This document shows, piece after piece, positions 16,971 through 25,605 of a DNA stretch of 30,494 nucleotides; positions within the stretch are counted from its first letter, which is position 1; the number at the start of each line of letters is the position of its first letter. The DNA lies in NCBI GenBank assembly GCA_041613315.1, contig JBFJHJ010000036.1, positions 1-30,494 of the forward strand, written 5' to 3'. The position numbers and the translations under genes were made by a program. The notes beneath the pieces are model-generated. The model made no database searches. It was not told the DNA's origin and saw only the letters and a list, made by a program, of their open reading frames with translations. Source of the stretch: Gemmatimonadales bacterium. Lineage in GTDB: Bacteria > Gemmatimonadota > Gemmatimonadetes > Gemmatimonadales > GWC2-71-9.

Positions 16971-17145
16971 ACCCGCACTTGCTGCAGTGCCAGTGCGGGT
17001 CGTCGCCGGTGACCACGCAGCCGCCGAGGACGATTTCCCCCGCGCGGGCCCGCTGCACCGTCTCGTCGTCGGGCAGGCCGAAGACGATGGGGACCACTTT
17101 CGTCGAACGGCAGGTGGGACAGCGACGGACGACGCGGCGCGCCAT
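16939..17145 (-). CDS. Small Cys-rich (Zn-ribbon-like) hypothetical protein, 68 aa
   Basis: CPTC...VVPIVFGLP...GEIVLGGC...PHWHCSKC; GGAAGG upstream of the ATG; fills the gap between the S9 peptidase and the amidohydrolase. Confidence 0.7.
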   Translation of the reverse strand: MARRVVRRCPTCRSTKVVPIVFGLPDDETVQRARAGEIVLGGCVVTGDDPHWHCSKCGYEWGQAPDAA

Positions 17146-17167
17146 GGCCGGCCTTCCCGGTTACCGC

Positions 17168-19645
17168 TCACGGCTCACTGCTCACCCGCTCGTCCGCCGC
17201 GCGCTTCACGTAGTGGTCCAGCCAGGTCTGCATCTCCCACAGCATGTGGAGGATGGACTCGCGGGCGCGGTAGCCGTGGCTCTCGTGCGGCAACATCACC
17301 AGGCGCGCGGTCTGACCGAGGCCTTTCAACGCGTCGTAGAACCGCTCGCTCTGCATCGGCCAGGTGCCGGAGTTGTTGTCGGCCTCGCCATGGATCAGGA
17401 GGATCGGCTCGTTCACCTTGTCGGTGTGCATGAACGGCGACATGGCGAAATAGATCTCCGGCGCCTGCCACACGGTCCGTTCCTCGGCCTGGAAGCCGAA
17501 TGGCGTGAGGGTTCGGTTGTAGGCCCCGCTCCGGGCGATCCCCGCGGCGAACAGATCCGAATGCGCGAGCAGGTTCGCCGCCATGAACGCGCCGTAGGAA
17601 TGCCCGCCGATCCCGATCCGGCGCCGGTCCGCGACGCCGCGCCGCACGACCTCGTTCACCGCCGCTTCGGCGCTCGCCACCAGTTGCTGCACGTAGGTGT
17701 CATTGGGCTCCTGGTCGCCCTCGCCCACGATCGGCATCGTCGGCCCGTCCAGCACCGCGTAGCCCTGCGTGAGCCAGATGATCGTGGACCAACCGGAGAG
17801 CCGGTCGAAGCGGTAGGGCGAGTCGGTGATCTGGCTCGCCGCATCCGCGCTCTTGAACTCCCGCGGATAGGCCCACATCAGCACGGGGAGCGGCCCGGCT
17901 TCGCGCCGGTATCCCGGGGGCAGGTACAGCGTCCCGTTCAGCTTGACGCCGTCGGCGCGGTCGTACTGGATCAACTCCTTCTGCATCCCGGCGAGTTGCG
18001 GCGTCGGGTTGGAAAACGTTGTGATCGCCCGGAGCGTGCCCGCGCGGAGATCGCGCACGAAGTAGTTGGGCGGCTCCTCCACCGACTCGCGGCGGGTGAG
18101 CACGTAGCGCCCCGCATCGTCCAGGATCTGGATCGGCTGCTCGAAGTGCGGGGCTTCGGAGCGGAACAGGCGCGTCGCCCGCTTGCGCCGCAGGTCGAAG
18201 CGGTCCACGAACGGGCGGTTCCCCTCGGGGGACGCCCCCATGCCGATCAGGAAGATCGTGTTCCCACCGTCCCGGGTCACCATCACCGAGCGGCCGCTCG
18301 CGTTCCGTCGCATGTCGGGGGACCCGGGATCGGCATAGCGATCCTCGTAAGAGCGATCCCACACCAGCTCCGCCGGCGTGGCGGGCGCGCCGGGACGCAC
18401 GCGCCACGTCCGGAGCTGACGCGTCCTCCACCACACCTCGGAGATCAGCGCCGTGTTGTCCGTGCCCCAGGCAAGTCCGCCGTACCGCAGGCCGAGCGTC
18501 GCGAGCGTCGCGGGGGCGCCGCCGAACGGCGCCGCGAGCACGAACACCTTGTCCCGCAGCTCGGCGTCGCGCCGGGCGTCGCCGCCGTCCTGTGCCTCCA
18601 CCCAGACGAGCGTCGCCGGCGCGTCGGCGCGCCAGTTGACGTCGCGCGGCCCCGTGGGGACGCTCCCGAACGCCGTCGGCACGCCCTCCTGGAGCGGCAG
18701 GTCGGCCACGAGGTGCACGCGCCGACCCTCCAAGTCCACGACCTCGATGGTGCGCGGGAAGCGGGACGCCGGCACGAGATACGAGAACGGCCGGCGCAGC
18801 GTTTCCACGAGGATGTAGCGGCCGTCCGGGGAGGGCGCGACATCCCACACCATCCCGGCGGTCCCGACCGGCGCGACGGCGCCGTCCAGTGTCACCTTGA
18901 CCAGGCGCGCCGTCGTGTAGTGCTCGAACAGCTGCTCATCGTACGGATTCTGGAGGAGGTCCTGGTAGGTCCGAGCGGGTGCCGTCTTTCCGATGTTCTC
19001 CTGGATCACCGGTCCGGGCGGTACCGGGGACGCCTGCGGCTCGGCGCCCCGCCCCTCGGGAACGATGGTCGCCAGCAGCGTACGGTTGTCCGCGAGCCAC
19101 GCGACCCCGCGCGTGAGCGTGAGGTTGAGGCGCGGCCCCACGAGGCGCGTCGCCCGACCCGTCGCCACCTCCACCACCCACAGCTCGATCCCCTCCGACG
19201 TGGTGTTCGTGAACGCAATACGACCGCCGTCGGGCGACCATTCGACGTTCTCGATCCTGGGTTCCGCCGGCAGGCCGGTGATCGGCCGCTCCGCGCGATC
19301 GGCGATCCGCACGAGCGTGAGCCCGGTGAAGTAGCGGCCGCGACTCCGGCCGTTCACCTGCGGCGCGAGCCGCAGCCCCGCGAGGCGCAGCTCCCGCTCC
19401 GCGAGCTCGGCGATGGACGGAAGACTCGGCTGGGCCTCGAGCAACATCCACTCGTCGGTCGGCCCCAGGCTCACGGCCGGGGTGGGCGGCGCGTCCACGA
19501 TGTCCACGAGCACACGGTCCGGGACACGGTACTGGGGCGTCGTGGCGGCCTGCTGCGCCATCGCGGGCGGCAGGACCAGCCCGGAGAGCGCCAAGACCAC
19601 CGTCAGGCGTGCGGCGTTCCGGAGCGTGCGCGACGTTATCCGCAT
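17168..19645 (-). CDS. Secreted S9 family serine peptidase (glutamyl endopeptidase/S9D-like)
   Basis: GGAG then ATG 19645; signal peptide; WAYPREF, PIVGEG..EPND, GGHSYGAFM, ARSGAYNRTLTPFGFQ, HGEADNNSGT, LPHESHGY. Confidence 0.92.
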   Translation of the reverse strand: MRITSRTLRNAARLTVVLALSGLVLPPAMAQQAATTPQYRVPDRVLVDIVDAPPTPAVSLGPTDEWMLLEAQPSLPSIAELAERELRLAGLRLAPQVNGRSRGRYFTGLTLVRIADRAERPITGLPAEPRIENVEWSPDGGRIAFTNTTSEGIELWVVEVATGRATRLVGPRLNLTLTRGVAWLADNRTLLATIVPEGRGAEPQASPVPPGPVIQENIGKTAPARTYQDLLQNPYDEQLFEHYTTARLVKVTLDGAVAPVGTAGMVWDVAPSPDGRYILVETLRRPFSYLVPASRFPRTIEVVDLEGRRVHLVADLPLQEGVPTAFGSVPTGPRDVNWRADAPATLVWVEAQDGGDARRDAELRDKVFVLAAPFGGAPATLATLGLRYGGLAWGTDNTALISEVWWRTRQLRTWRVRPGAPATPAELVWDRSYEDRYADPGSPDMRRNASGRSVMVTRDGGNTIFLIGMGASPEGNRPFVDRFDLRRKRATRLFRSEAPHFEQPIQILDDAGRYVLTRRESVEEPPNYFVRDLRAGTLRAITTFSNPTPQLAGMQKELIQYDRADGVKLNGTLYLPPGYRREAGPLPVLMWAYPREFKSADAASQITDSPYRFDRLSGWSTIIWLTQGYAVLDGPTMPIVGEGDQEPNDTYVQQLVASAEAAVNEVVRRGVADRRRIGIGGHSYGAFMAANLLAHSDLFAAGIARSGAYNRTLTPFGFQAEERTVWQAPEIYFAMSPFMHTDKVNEPILLIHGEADNNSGTWPMQSERFYDALKGLGQTARLVMLPHESHGYRARESILHMLWEMQTWLDHYVKRAADERVSSEP

Positions 19646-19730
19646 GATGGGTCTCCATCGAGGCGTACGGGGGTGATGCAACGGTCCAACGGAAAGATGG
19701 CGTCCGGGGACGGGCGCGGCTAGCCAGACC

Positions 19731-20894
19731 TCACGCCTGCCGGAGGGCTTCGGTGACCGGCAACCTGGCGGCGCGGCGGGCCGGGAGGAATCCGCCGATC
19801 ACGCCCATCACCGCTGCGAAGACGAGGCCCTGCAGGAGGAGCCCCGGTGTCACCCGGAAGGCGAAGGCCAGCTCGCTGAACGAATTCCAGTTCGTCGTAC
19901 TGGTGAGCAGGCCGTTGATGGGGAGCGTGAACAGGCATCCCAGCGCGCCACCCAGGACGGCGATCAAGATCGCCTCCGTCACGAAGGACGTGAGCACGTG
20001 GCGCGGCTTGAAGCCCAGGGTGAGCAGGACCCCAATCTCCGGCCCCCGCGAGGCGACGGCGGCGTACATCGTATTGATCGCGCCGAACACGGCGCCGACG
20101 GCCATGACCCCAGCGATGAACACGGCGATGAACTTGAGGATGGTGCCGAGGAAGAGCGACTGGTTCTCGTAGAAGTCCCGCTCGCGGTGCGCGTCCACAT
20201 ACAGGCGGGGGTCGCTCTCGAGCGTCGGCTTGATCCCGTCGAAGGCCGAGGGGTCCTGCATGCGGAAGGTCACCGACTGGAAGACCTGGCCGCGGAACAC
20301 CGGCATGAGCTGCTCGTTCTCCCCCCAGATCTCCGACTCGAAGGCCGAGCCTTCGGCGGTGAACCGCCCCACGACGGTCCAGTCGCGTCCACCGAAGCTG
20401 AGCGTCTCGCCGATCCCCGTGTTGGCGAACCGGCGCGCCATGGTCGCCCCCACGATCACCTCATTGCTGCCCGGGGCGAACAGTCGCCCTTCGACGATCC
20501 GGACGCCTTTGCGCACCTCGAGCGCGCGGGGGCTGACGCCCCGGACCACGAGGTTGGCGAGGCCGCCGCCCAGGCGCTGGTAGCTGATGACGACGAACGT
20601 TTCCGGGCTCGCGAGCGGCCGCCCGTCGGTGCCACGGGCCACGAACGGCATCCCGCCGATGATGTTCGCCGCGTCGCGGCTCAAGCCGCTGCTCATCTCG
20701 GCGTCCGCGCCCTTGCGCAGCACCATCACGTTGTCCGGCGAGCCCGTGCTCACGAGGGCCGCGCGGAAACCGTTCGAGAGCGCCATCATCGCGACGAAGA
20801 CGCCCACGACCAGGGCCATGCCGAACGCGGTGGTCAAGGTCGAGACCGGCCGGGCCCGCAGGCTCCGCAGGTTGTAGATCAGGGGGATCTTCAT
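19731..20894 (-). CDS. MacB/FtsX-type ABC transporter permease
   Basis: N-terminal TM helix, large periplasmic domain (GRLFAPGSNEVIVG), INTMYAAVASR..EIGVL.TLGF, PARRAARL.VTEALR. Confidence 0.92.
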   Translation of the reverse strand: MKIPLIYNLRSLRARPVSTLTTAFGMALVVGVFVAMMALSNGFRAALVSTGSPDNVMVLRKGADAEMSSGLSRDAANIIGGMPFVARGTDGRPLASPETFVVISYQRLGGGLANLVVRGVSPRALEVRKGVRIVEGRLFAPGSNEVIVGATMARRFANTGIGETLSFGGRDWTVVGRFTAEGSAFESEIWGENEQLMPVFRGQVFQSVTFRMQDPSAFDGIKPTLESDPRLYVDAHRERDFYENQSLFLGTILKFIAVFIAGVMAVGAVFGAINTMYAAVASRGPEIGVLLTLGFKPRHVLTSFVTEAILIAVLGGALGCLFTLPINGLLTSTTNWNSFSELAFAFRVTPGLLLQGLVFAAVMGVIGGFLPARRAARLPVTEALRQA

Positions 20895-20897
20895 CGG

Positions 20898-22037
20898 CTA
20901 CGCCACCCGCCGGAGGGCTTGCACCACCGAGAGGCGCGCCGCCTGCCATGCCGGCACCGCCCCGCTCGCGAGCCCCAAGCCGATCGCGATCGCGATACCG
21001 AACGCCACCGTGCTCCACGCCACGGCGAAGCCGGGGAGAATGCTGCTCAGCGCCCGCGTGGCGCCGAACAGGAGCCGGGCCCCGGCGATGCCGAGCAGGC
21101 CGCCGACCCCGGTGATCAGCACCGCCTCCACCAGCACCAGCGCCGAGAGCAGGCCGTCGCCGAACCCCAGCGTCTTCATGACCGCCACCTCATGCACGCG
21201 CTCCCGGGCCGCCATCATCATCGTGTTCGCCGCCACCAGCAAGATGGCGAAGAACACCGCCGTACCGATCGCCCGCACCAGGAACGCCACGTTCCCCCAC
21301 ATCGTCACGAACCCCGCCTGGAACGCCCGCTCGGTCTCGGTCTTGGTGGGGGCGCGGGAGTTCTTGAACTGCTCGTCGATGCGCGCGGAGACGGCGGCCG
21401 CCTGCGACGGGTCGCCGAGCCGGAGGATGAACCACCCCGGGGTCACGAACCGGCCCGTGCGCTCCAGGAGGTAGTCATAATGGAAGAAGAAGTTCTCGTC
21501 CCCGAAGCTGGGGTTGTCGGGGACGTACACCGCGCGGATCGTGAAATCCCAGTCGCCGGGAAAAATCGTGCCCTGAAGGGTGATCGTCTGGCCCAGCTGC
21601 CAGCCAAACCGCTCCATCAGCCCTTTCCCCGCCACGACGGCCGTGCGCTCCTGCATGAACGCCGCCAACTGCTCGGGCGGCATCCGCACCTCGGGGTACA
21701 TCGGGAAGTACGTATCGGCATCGACGGCGAACTGGGCGAAGAAGTTCTGCGAGTTGATGTAGATGCCGCCGAACCAGTTGGCCCACGAGACGGCACTCAC
21801 GCCGTCCGTGGCAGCCAGCCGGCCGGCGTAGGCCTCCGGCAGCGGGAAGGTGATCCCGATGGCGCTGCGCGTCACGAGCCGCGACTCACTCCCCACCTGC
21901 TCGCTGGCGGCGAGCGTGGTGAGTACCGAGCGTAGGGTCGCGAACAGGAACATCGCCACGGCGACGCTCAGCAGCGTGAGCACCGTGCGGCCCTTGCGGC
22001 GCCACAGGTTGGCCCAGACCAGCCGCGCGAACTTCAT
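20898..22037 (-). CDS. MacB/FtsX-type ABC transporter permease (second paralog)
   Basis: NLWRRKGRTVLT, ANTMMMAARER..EVAVMKTLGF, PAWQAARLSVVQALR. Confidence 0.92.
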   Translation of the reverse strand: MKFARLVWANLWRRKGRTVLTLLSVAVAMFLFATLRSVLTTLAASEQVGSESRLVTRSAIGITFPLPEAYAGRLAATDGVSAVSWANWFGGIYINSQNFFAQFAVDADTYFPMYPEVRMPPEQLAAFMQERTAVVAGKGLMERFGWQLGQTITLQGTIFPGDWDFTIRAVYVPDNPSFGDENFFFHYDYLLERTGRFVTPGWFILRLGDPSQAAAVSARIDEQFKNSRAPTKTETERAFQAGFVTMWGNVAFLVRAIGTAVFFAILLVAANTMMMAARERVHEVAVMKTLGFGDGLLSALVLVEAVLITGVGGLLGIAGARLLFGATRALSSILPGFAVAWSTVAFGIAIAIGLGLASGAVPAWQAARLSVVQALRRVA

Positions 22038-22705
22038 CGCGTGAGCACGCCTTTGTCGAGGTGCATGACCTCGTGGGCCCGCTCCGCGGCCCGCGCGTCG
22101 TGCGTCACCATGAGGATCGTCTTGCCGAACTCGTCATTCAGGCGCTGGAGCAGCGTCAGGATCTCGTCCGCCGACTGGGCGTCGAGATCGCCGGTGGGCT
22201 CGTCGGCGAGGATGATCGTCGGATCGCTGACGACGGCCCGCGCGATGCCCACGCGCTGTTCCTGCCCGCCCGAGAGCTGGCGCGGATAGTGCTCCGCCCG
22301 GTCAGTGAGGCCCACCACGCCCATGGCCGTCATCACGTGCTCCCGCCGCTCCTTCTTCGAGAGCCCCGTGAGCAGGAGCGGCAACTCGACGTTCTGGAAC
22401 GCCGTGAGCACGGGCAGCAGGTTGTAGAACTGGAACACGAAGCCGATGTGCCGCGCCCGCCAGGCGGCCAGCGTCCTGGCTTTCATGCCCGTCACCTCGG
22501 CCCCGTCCACCGTCACGCGGCCCGCGGTCGGCGCGTCGAGACCGGCCACCAGGTTCAACAGGGTGCTCTTCCCGCTGCCCGACGGCCCCATCAGCGCGAG
22601 GAAGTCGCCCCGCTCGATGTTCAGATTCACTCCATGAAAGACCGCGATCTCCTGCGAGTCGCGGTAGAACGACTTGCTCAGCTCGCGGATCTCCACTAGC
22701 GCCAT
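22034..22705 (-). CDS. ABC ATP-binding protein (LolD/MacB-like)
   Basis: GPSGSGKST, IGFVFQFYNL, LSGGQEQR, ILADEPTGDLD, MVTHD. Confidence 0.95.
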   Translation of the reverse strand: MALVEIRELSKSFYRDSQEIAVFHGVNLNIERGDFLALMGPSGSGKSTLLNLVAGLDAPTAGRVTVDGAEVTGMKARTLAAWRARHIGFVFQFYNLLPVLTAFQNVELPLLLTGLSKKERREHVMTAMGVVGLTDRAEHYPRQLSGGQEQRVGIARAVVSDPTIILADEPTGDLDAQSADEILTLLQRLNDEFGKTILMVTHDARAAERAHEVMHLDKGVLTR

Positions 22706-22730
22706 GCGTGTGCGCCTCCCGATAGATCGG

Positions 22731-23957
22731 TTACGGTGCGCGGACGGTCACCGCCGCCCCTTCCGCCAGCCCGCTCGTGGCGGAGGTCACCACCTGCTCA
22801 CCGCCCGAGAGACCCGAGCGGATCTCCCGCCGCCCGCCCGACACGGGCCCGGCCTGGACGGCGCGCCGGGCAAGCCGTCCGTCCGCCACGACCCACACGA
22901 CGGCCTGGCCCGCCTCGTCCCGTACGGCCGTCGCGGGAACGAAGATTCGCGGCGGCTCATCGGCGCCGCGCGCCGCCACCTGCGCCAGAAACTCCACCCG
23001 CGCCGCCATCTCCGGCAGGATGCGCTGATCGCGGTCCAAGATACTCACCTTCACCAGCACGGTGGCGCGTTGGCGGTCAGCCGTGGGAACGATCTGCCGT
23101 ACCGCCCCTCGGTAGCTCTTGTCCGGATAGGCATCGAGCACGATCCGGCCGGGCTGGGCGTCCGTGATCTGGCCAATGTACGCCTCGTTCACGTCCACCT
23201 CGACCTCGAGCGTCTCGAGGTCGGCCATCGTCACGACCGCGCCCCGCGTGAGACCGCCGCCCGTCGCGACCGGCGCCACCACCTCGCCCACCTCGGCGTC
23301 CTTGCGCAGCACCGTGCCGTTGAACGGCGCGCGGATCAGCGTGTTCTCGAGGTTCGCCTGAGCGACCTGGACGGCGGCGTCCGCGGCGCGGACCTCAGCC
23401 TCCTGGACGCCCACCCGCGCCTCCGCCGCCGTGAGCTGGGCCGACAGATCCTCAACCGACTGCTCGGATACCAGGTTCTTGGCCAAGAGATCCCGGGCGC
23501 GTGCCACGTCACGCCGCAACTGATCCCGCTGGGCTTGCGCCTCGCGCAGCGCCGCGCGGCTACGCTCCGCTTCGGCCGCCGCCTGGGCGACCGACGCCTG
23601 GTAATCCCGGTTGTCGAGCCGCGCGATCACCTCGCCGCGCCGGACGACCGAGCCCTCCGCCACCCCAAGGTAGGCCAGCCGACCCGAGATGCGGGAGGAG
23701 ACCGAGGCCTTGGTGCGGGCGACCACGTAGCCATTGGCGGTGATGCCCCCGCCCCCCGCGGTGCCCCCCACGACTTCGGCGCGTGCCACCGTCACCTCCG
23801 CCGCGCGGCCGCCGGCGAGCCAGACGTACACACCGGCGATCAACAGCAGCGCCACCCCGGCCAGCGACAGGCTCAGGACGAGCGCCCGCTTCGACGCCGG
23901 TGAGGGCCGGTCGCGGTCGATGCGCAGGCGAGAGAGATCGTGCACGGAGTCGCTCAT
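22731..23957 (-). CDS. Periplasmic adaptor / membrane fusion protein (MacA/HlyD-like)
   Basis: N-terminal TM helix, lipoyl-like halves (VAEGSVVRRGEVIARLD; IRAPFNGTV), coiled-coil hairpin, EIRSGLSGGEQVV. Confidence 0.92.
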   Translation of the reverse strand: MSDSVHDLSRLRIDRDRPSPASKRALVLSLSLAGVALLLIAGVYVWLAGGRAAEVTVARAEVVGGTAGGGGITANGYVVARTKASVSSRISGRLAYLGVAEGSVVRRGEVIARLDNRDYQASVAQAAAEAERSRAALREAQAQRDQLRRDVARARDLLAKNLVSEQSVEDLSAQLTAAEARVGVQEAEVRAADAAVQVAQANLENTLIRAPFNGTVLRKDAEVGEVVAPVATGGGLTRGAVVTMADLETLEVEVDVNEAYIGQITDAQPGRIVLDAYPDKSYRGAVRQIVPTADRQRATVLVKVSILDRDQRILPEMAARVEFLAQVAARGADEPPRIFVPATAVRDEAGQAVVWVVADGRLARRAVQAGPVSGGRREIRSGLSGGEQVVTSATSGLAEGAAVTVRAP

Positions 23958-24156
23958 GATCGGTCAGCGGATACGGCCGCATGGGGCCGCGGGTCTCGTG
24001 TGCCGTAATGTGGCGGAACGTCCGGGAGGCGGGCAAGCGGCGGCGTGAGCGGACCTTTAGACGCCCATCGAGCGCGCCGGACGGCGAACGAGCGTTATCG
24101 GAGTCTGTGCGGTGAGCCGGCGACCGCCCTGGTAGTGCGTCAGCCCGGTTACCGGC

Positions 24157-25005
24157 CTAGACGAGGAACTCGAGCGCGAGCACGAGAAGCCCGACGCCGC
24201 CGAACACGATGCCCAGGACTTTCTCCATCACGCCGGCCGGGAGATACGCGCTGATCCGACTCCCGATGGTGCTCCCCACCAGAACACCGGGAATGCTCCA
24301 GCCCACCACCGGCCACACGGGCTGCGCCGCGAGGGCGTGGATCACGGCCCCCACGGCCGCGACGAGAGCCAGGGTGAACACACTGGTCGCGACCGCGACG
24401 CGCGGTGGGACCCGGCAGCGGACGACGAGCTGCGTGGTAGAGATCTCCGGCAAGCCCGCGCTGATCATGCCGGTCAGCGCGCCACCCACCGCGGCCATGA
24501 CGACGCCGGGCGGCCTCCAGCAGGTGGGATAGGTGAAGACCGTCCCGTCGCGCGCCCGGACGACGGTGGTCCCCTTGCCGACGGATTTGCGGTCGATCAC
24601 GGCCATCGCCCGCTCGCCGGGCTCGCACGCCTCCGGCGACTCGACGAGGGTCAAGAATCCTGCGAGCACCAAGAGCCCGATCCCGAAGATCGCCTTGAGC
24701 AGGCGGTCCGAGATGACGTCGGCGGCGATGGCGCCCGCGATGACGGCCGGCATCGCGCCGAGCAGGAGCCAGCGCGCCGTGGCGAAATCCACGAGCTTCG
24801 CCCGAACATAGGAGCGGAGCCCGTTACCCATGCCGAATACTTCGGTGAGGAGCCCGGCGCCCACGGCCTGTGCCGGTGCGAGACCCACCACCAGCATGAA
24901 GAAGGGGCTGAAGAAGAGAGCGCCGGAGACGCCCGACCCGATCGCGACCGACGAGAAGACGATCGACGCCGGGAACACCCACCACAGTCCGAGGAATGCC
25001 TCCAT
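24157..25005 (-). CDS. TauE/SafE family (sulfite exporter-like) membrane protein
   Basis: Two-repeat hydrophobic architecture: GVSGALFFSPFF...AVGAGL, then GALTGMISAG...AVATS...GSTIGSRIS; GGAG upstream of the ATG. Confidence 0.85.
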   Translation of the reverse strand: MEAFLGLWWVFPASIVFSSVAIGSGVSGALFFSPFFMLVVGLAPAQAVGAGLLTEVFGMGNGLRSYVRAKLVDFATARWLLLGAMPAVIAGAIAADVISDRLLKAIFGIGLLVLAGFLTLVESPEACEPGERAMAVIDRKSVGKGTTVVRARDGTVFTYPTCWRPPGVVMAAVGGALTGMISAGLPEISTTQLVVRCRVPPRVAVATSVFTLALVAAVGAVIHALAAQPVWPVVGWSIPGVLVGSTIGSRISAYLPAGVMEKVLGIVFGGVGLLVLALEFLV

Positions 25006-25077
25006 GAGCCCGCGTCTCCGGTTGCGTCGCCCCAGGACAACCGCCTCGGCGGGCAGCCATCGGCTACGTCGTTGGCG

Positions 25078-25584
25078 TCACTCGCAGATGTAGCACGCGC
25101 CCGCACCTTCCACGGCTTGTGGTGTGTCGCGCTCGGCGTTCACGAGGCAGAGGAATCCGAAGGGCTCCACAGCGTCGTCGGGACAGCGGAATTGATGGGG
25201 ATCGTCGGGGGCGACGTAGACCACGTCGCCGAAGCCGACCGGGTAGATGTAGCAGCCGAACCGCGCCTCGCCCCGGCCACGGATCGGGATCACCACGTGC
25301 TCGTGTGCGTGCCGCTCGAGCGTGCTGAACCCGCCGGGCGCGATCTCGAAGTAGCGGACGTGGAACTGCTGCGACTCGCCGCGCTTGCCGGCCAGCTCGC
25401 GCCGGGTGATCGCCTTCCAGAGGTCGGTCGTCGCCTTGTAGGGCTCGAGCGACACGCCGTCCCAGGTGAAGTCGCCCCGGTGGCGGATCACCTTCGAGTG
25501 GTTGCCCTCGAGCGGTGGGGGCTCGGGCGGCGCCGTGCCCCGCGGTCGGGCCGCGGTCGACGCGGCAGGCGTTTTCCGACTCAT
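25078..25584 (-). CDS. Cupin-domain protein with C-terminal CxxC
   Basis: VRYFEIAPGGFSTLERHAHEHVV..IRGRG (motif 1); GDVVYVAPDDPHQF (motif 2); ends GACYICE. Confidence 0.88.
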   Translation of the reverse strand: MSRKTPAASTAARPRGTAPPEPPPLEGNHSKVIRHRGDFTWDGVSLEPYKATTDLWKAITRRELAGKRGESQQFHVRYFEIAPGGFSTLERHAHEHVVIPIRGRGEARFGCYIYPVGFGDVVYVAPDDPHQFRCPDDAVEPFGFLCLVNAERDTPQAVEGAGACYICE

Positions 25585-25591
25585 GGCACGT

Positions 25592-25600
25592 AAGCTAACA
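25592..25600 (-). promoter_or_regulatory. Candidate extended -10 element (TGtTAGCTT) for a leaderless cupin transcript
   Basis: TG-n-TAGCTT lies 7 nt upstream of the cupin ATG; no SD-like sequence in the 21-nt gap. Confidence 0.4.
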
Positions 25601-25605
25601 TCCGG

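Noticed and set aside
16925..19723. 932-aa plus-strand ORF, and similar long antisense ORFs (48..1325, 3060..4496, 6650..8071, 19998..21935, 25936..28113)
   Set aside because: Antisense shadows of well-supported minus-strand genes; expected at high GC with biased codon usage; no recognisable motifs.
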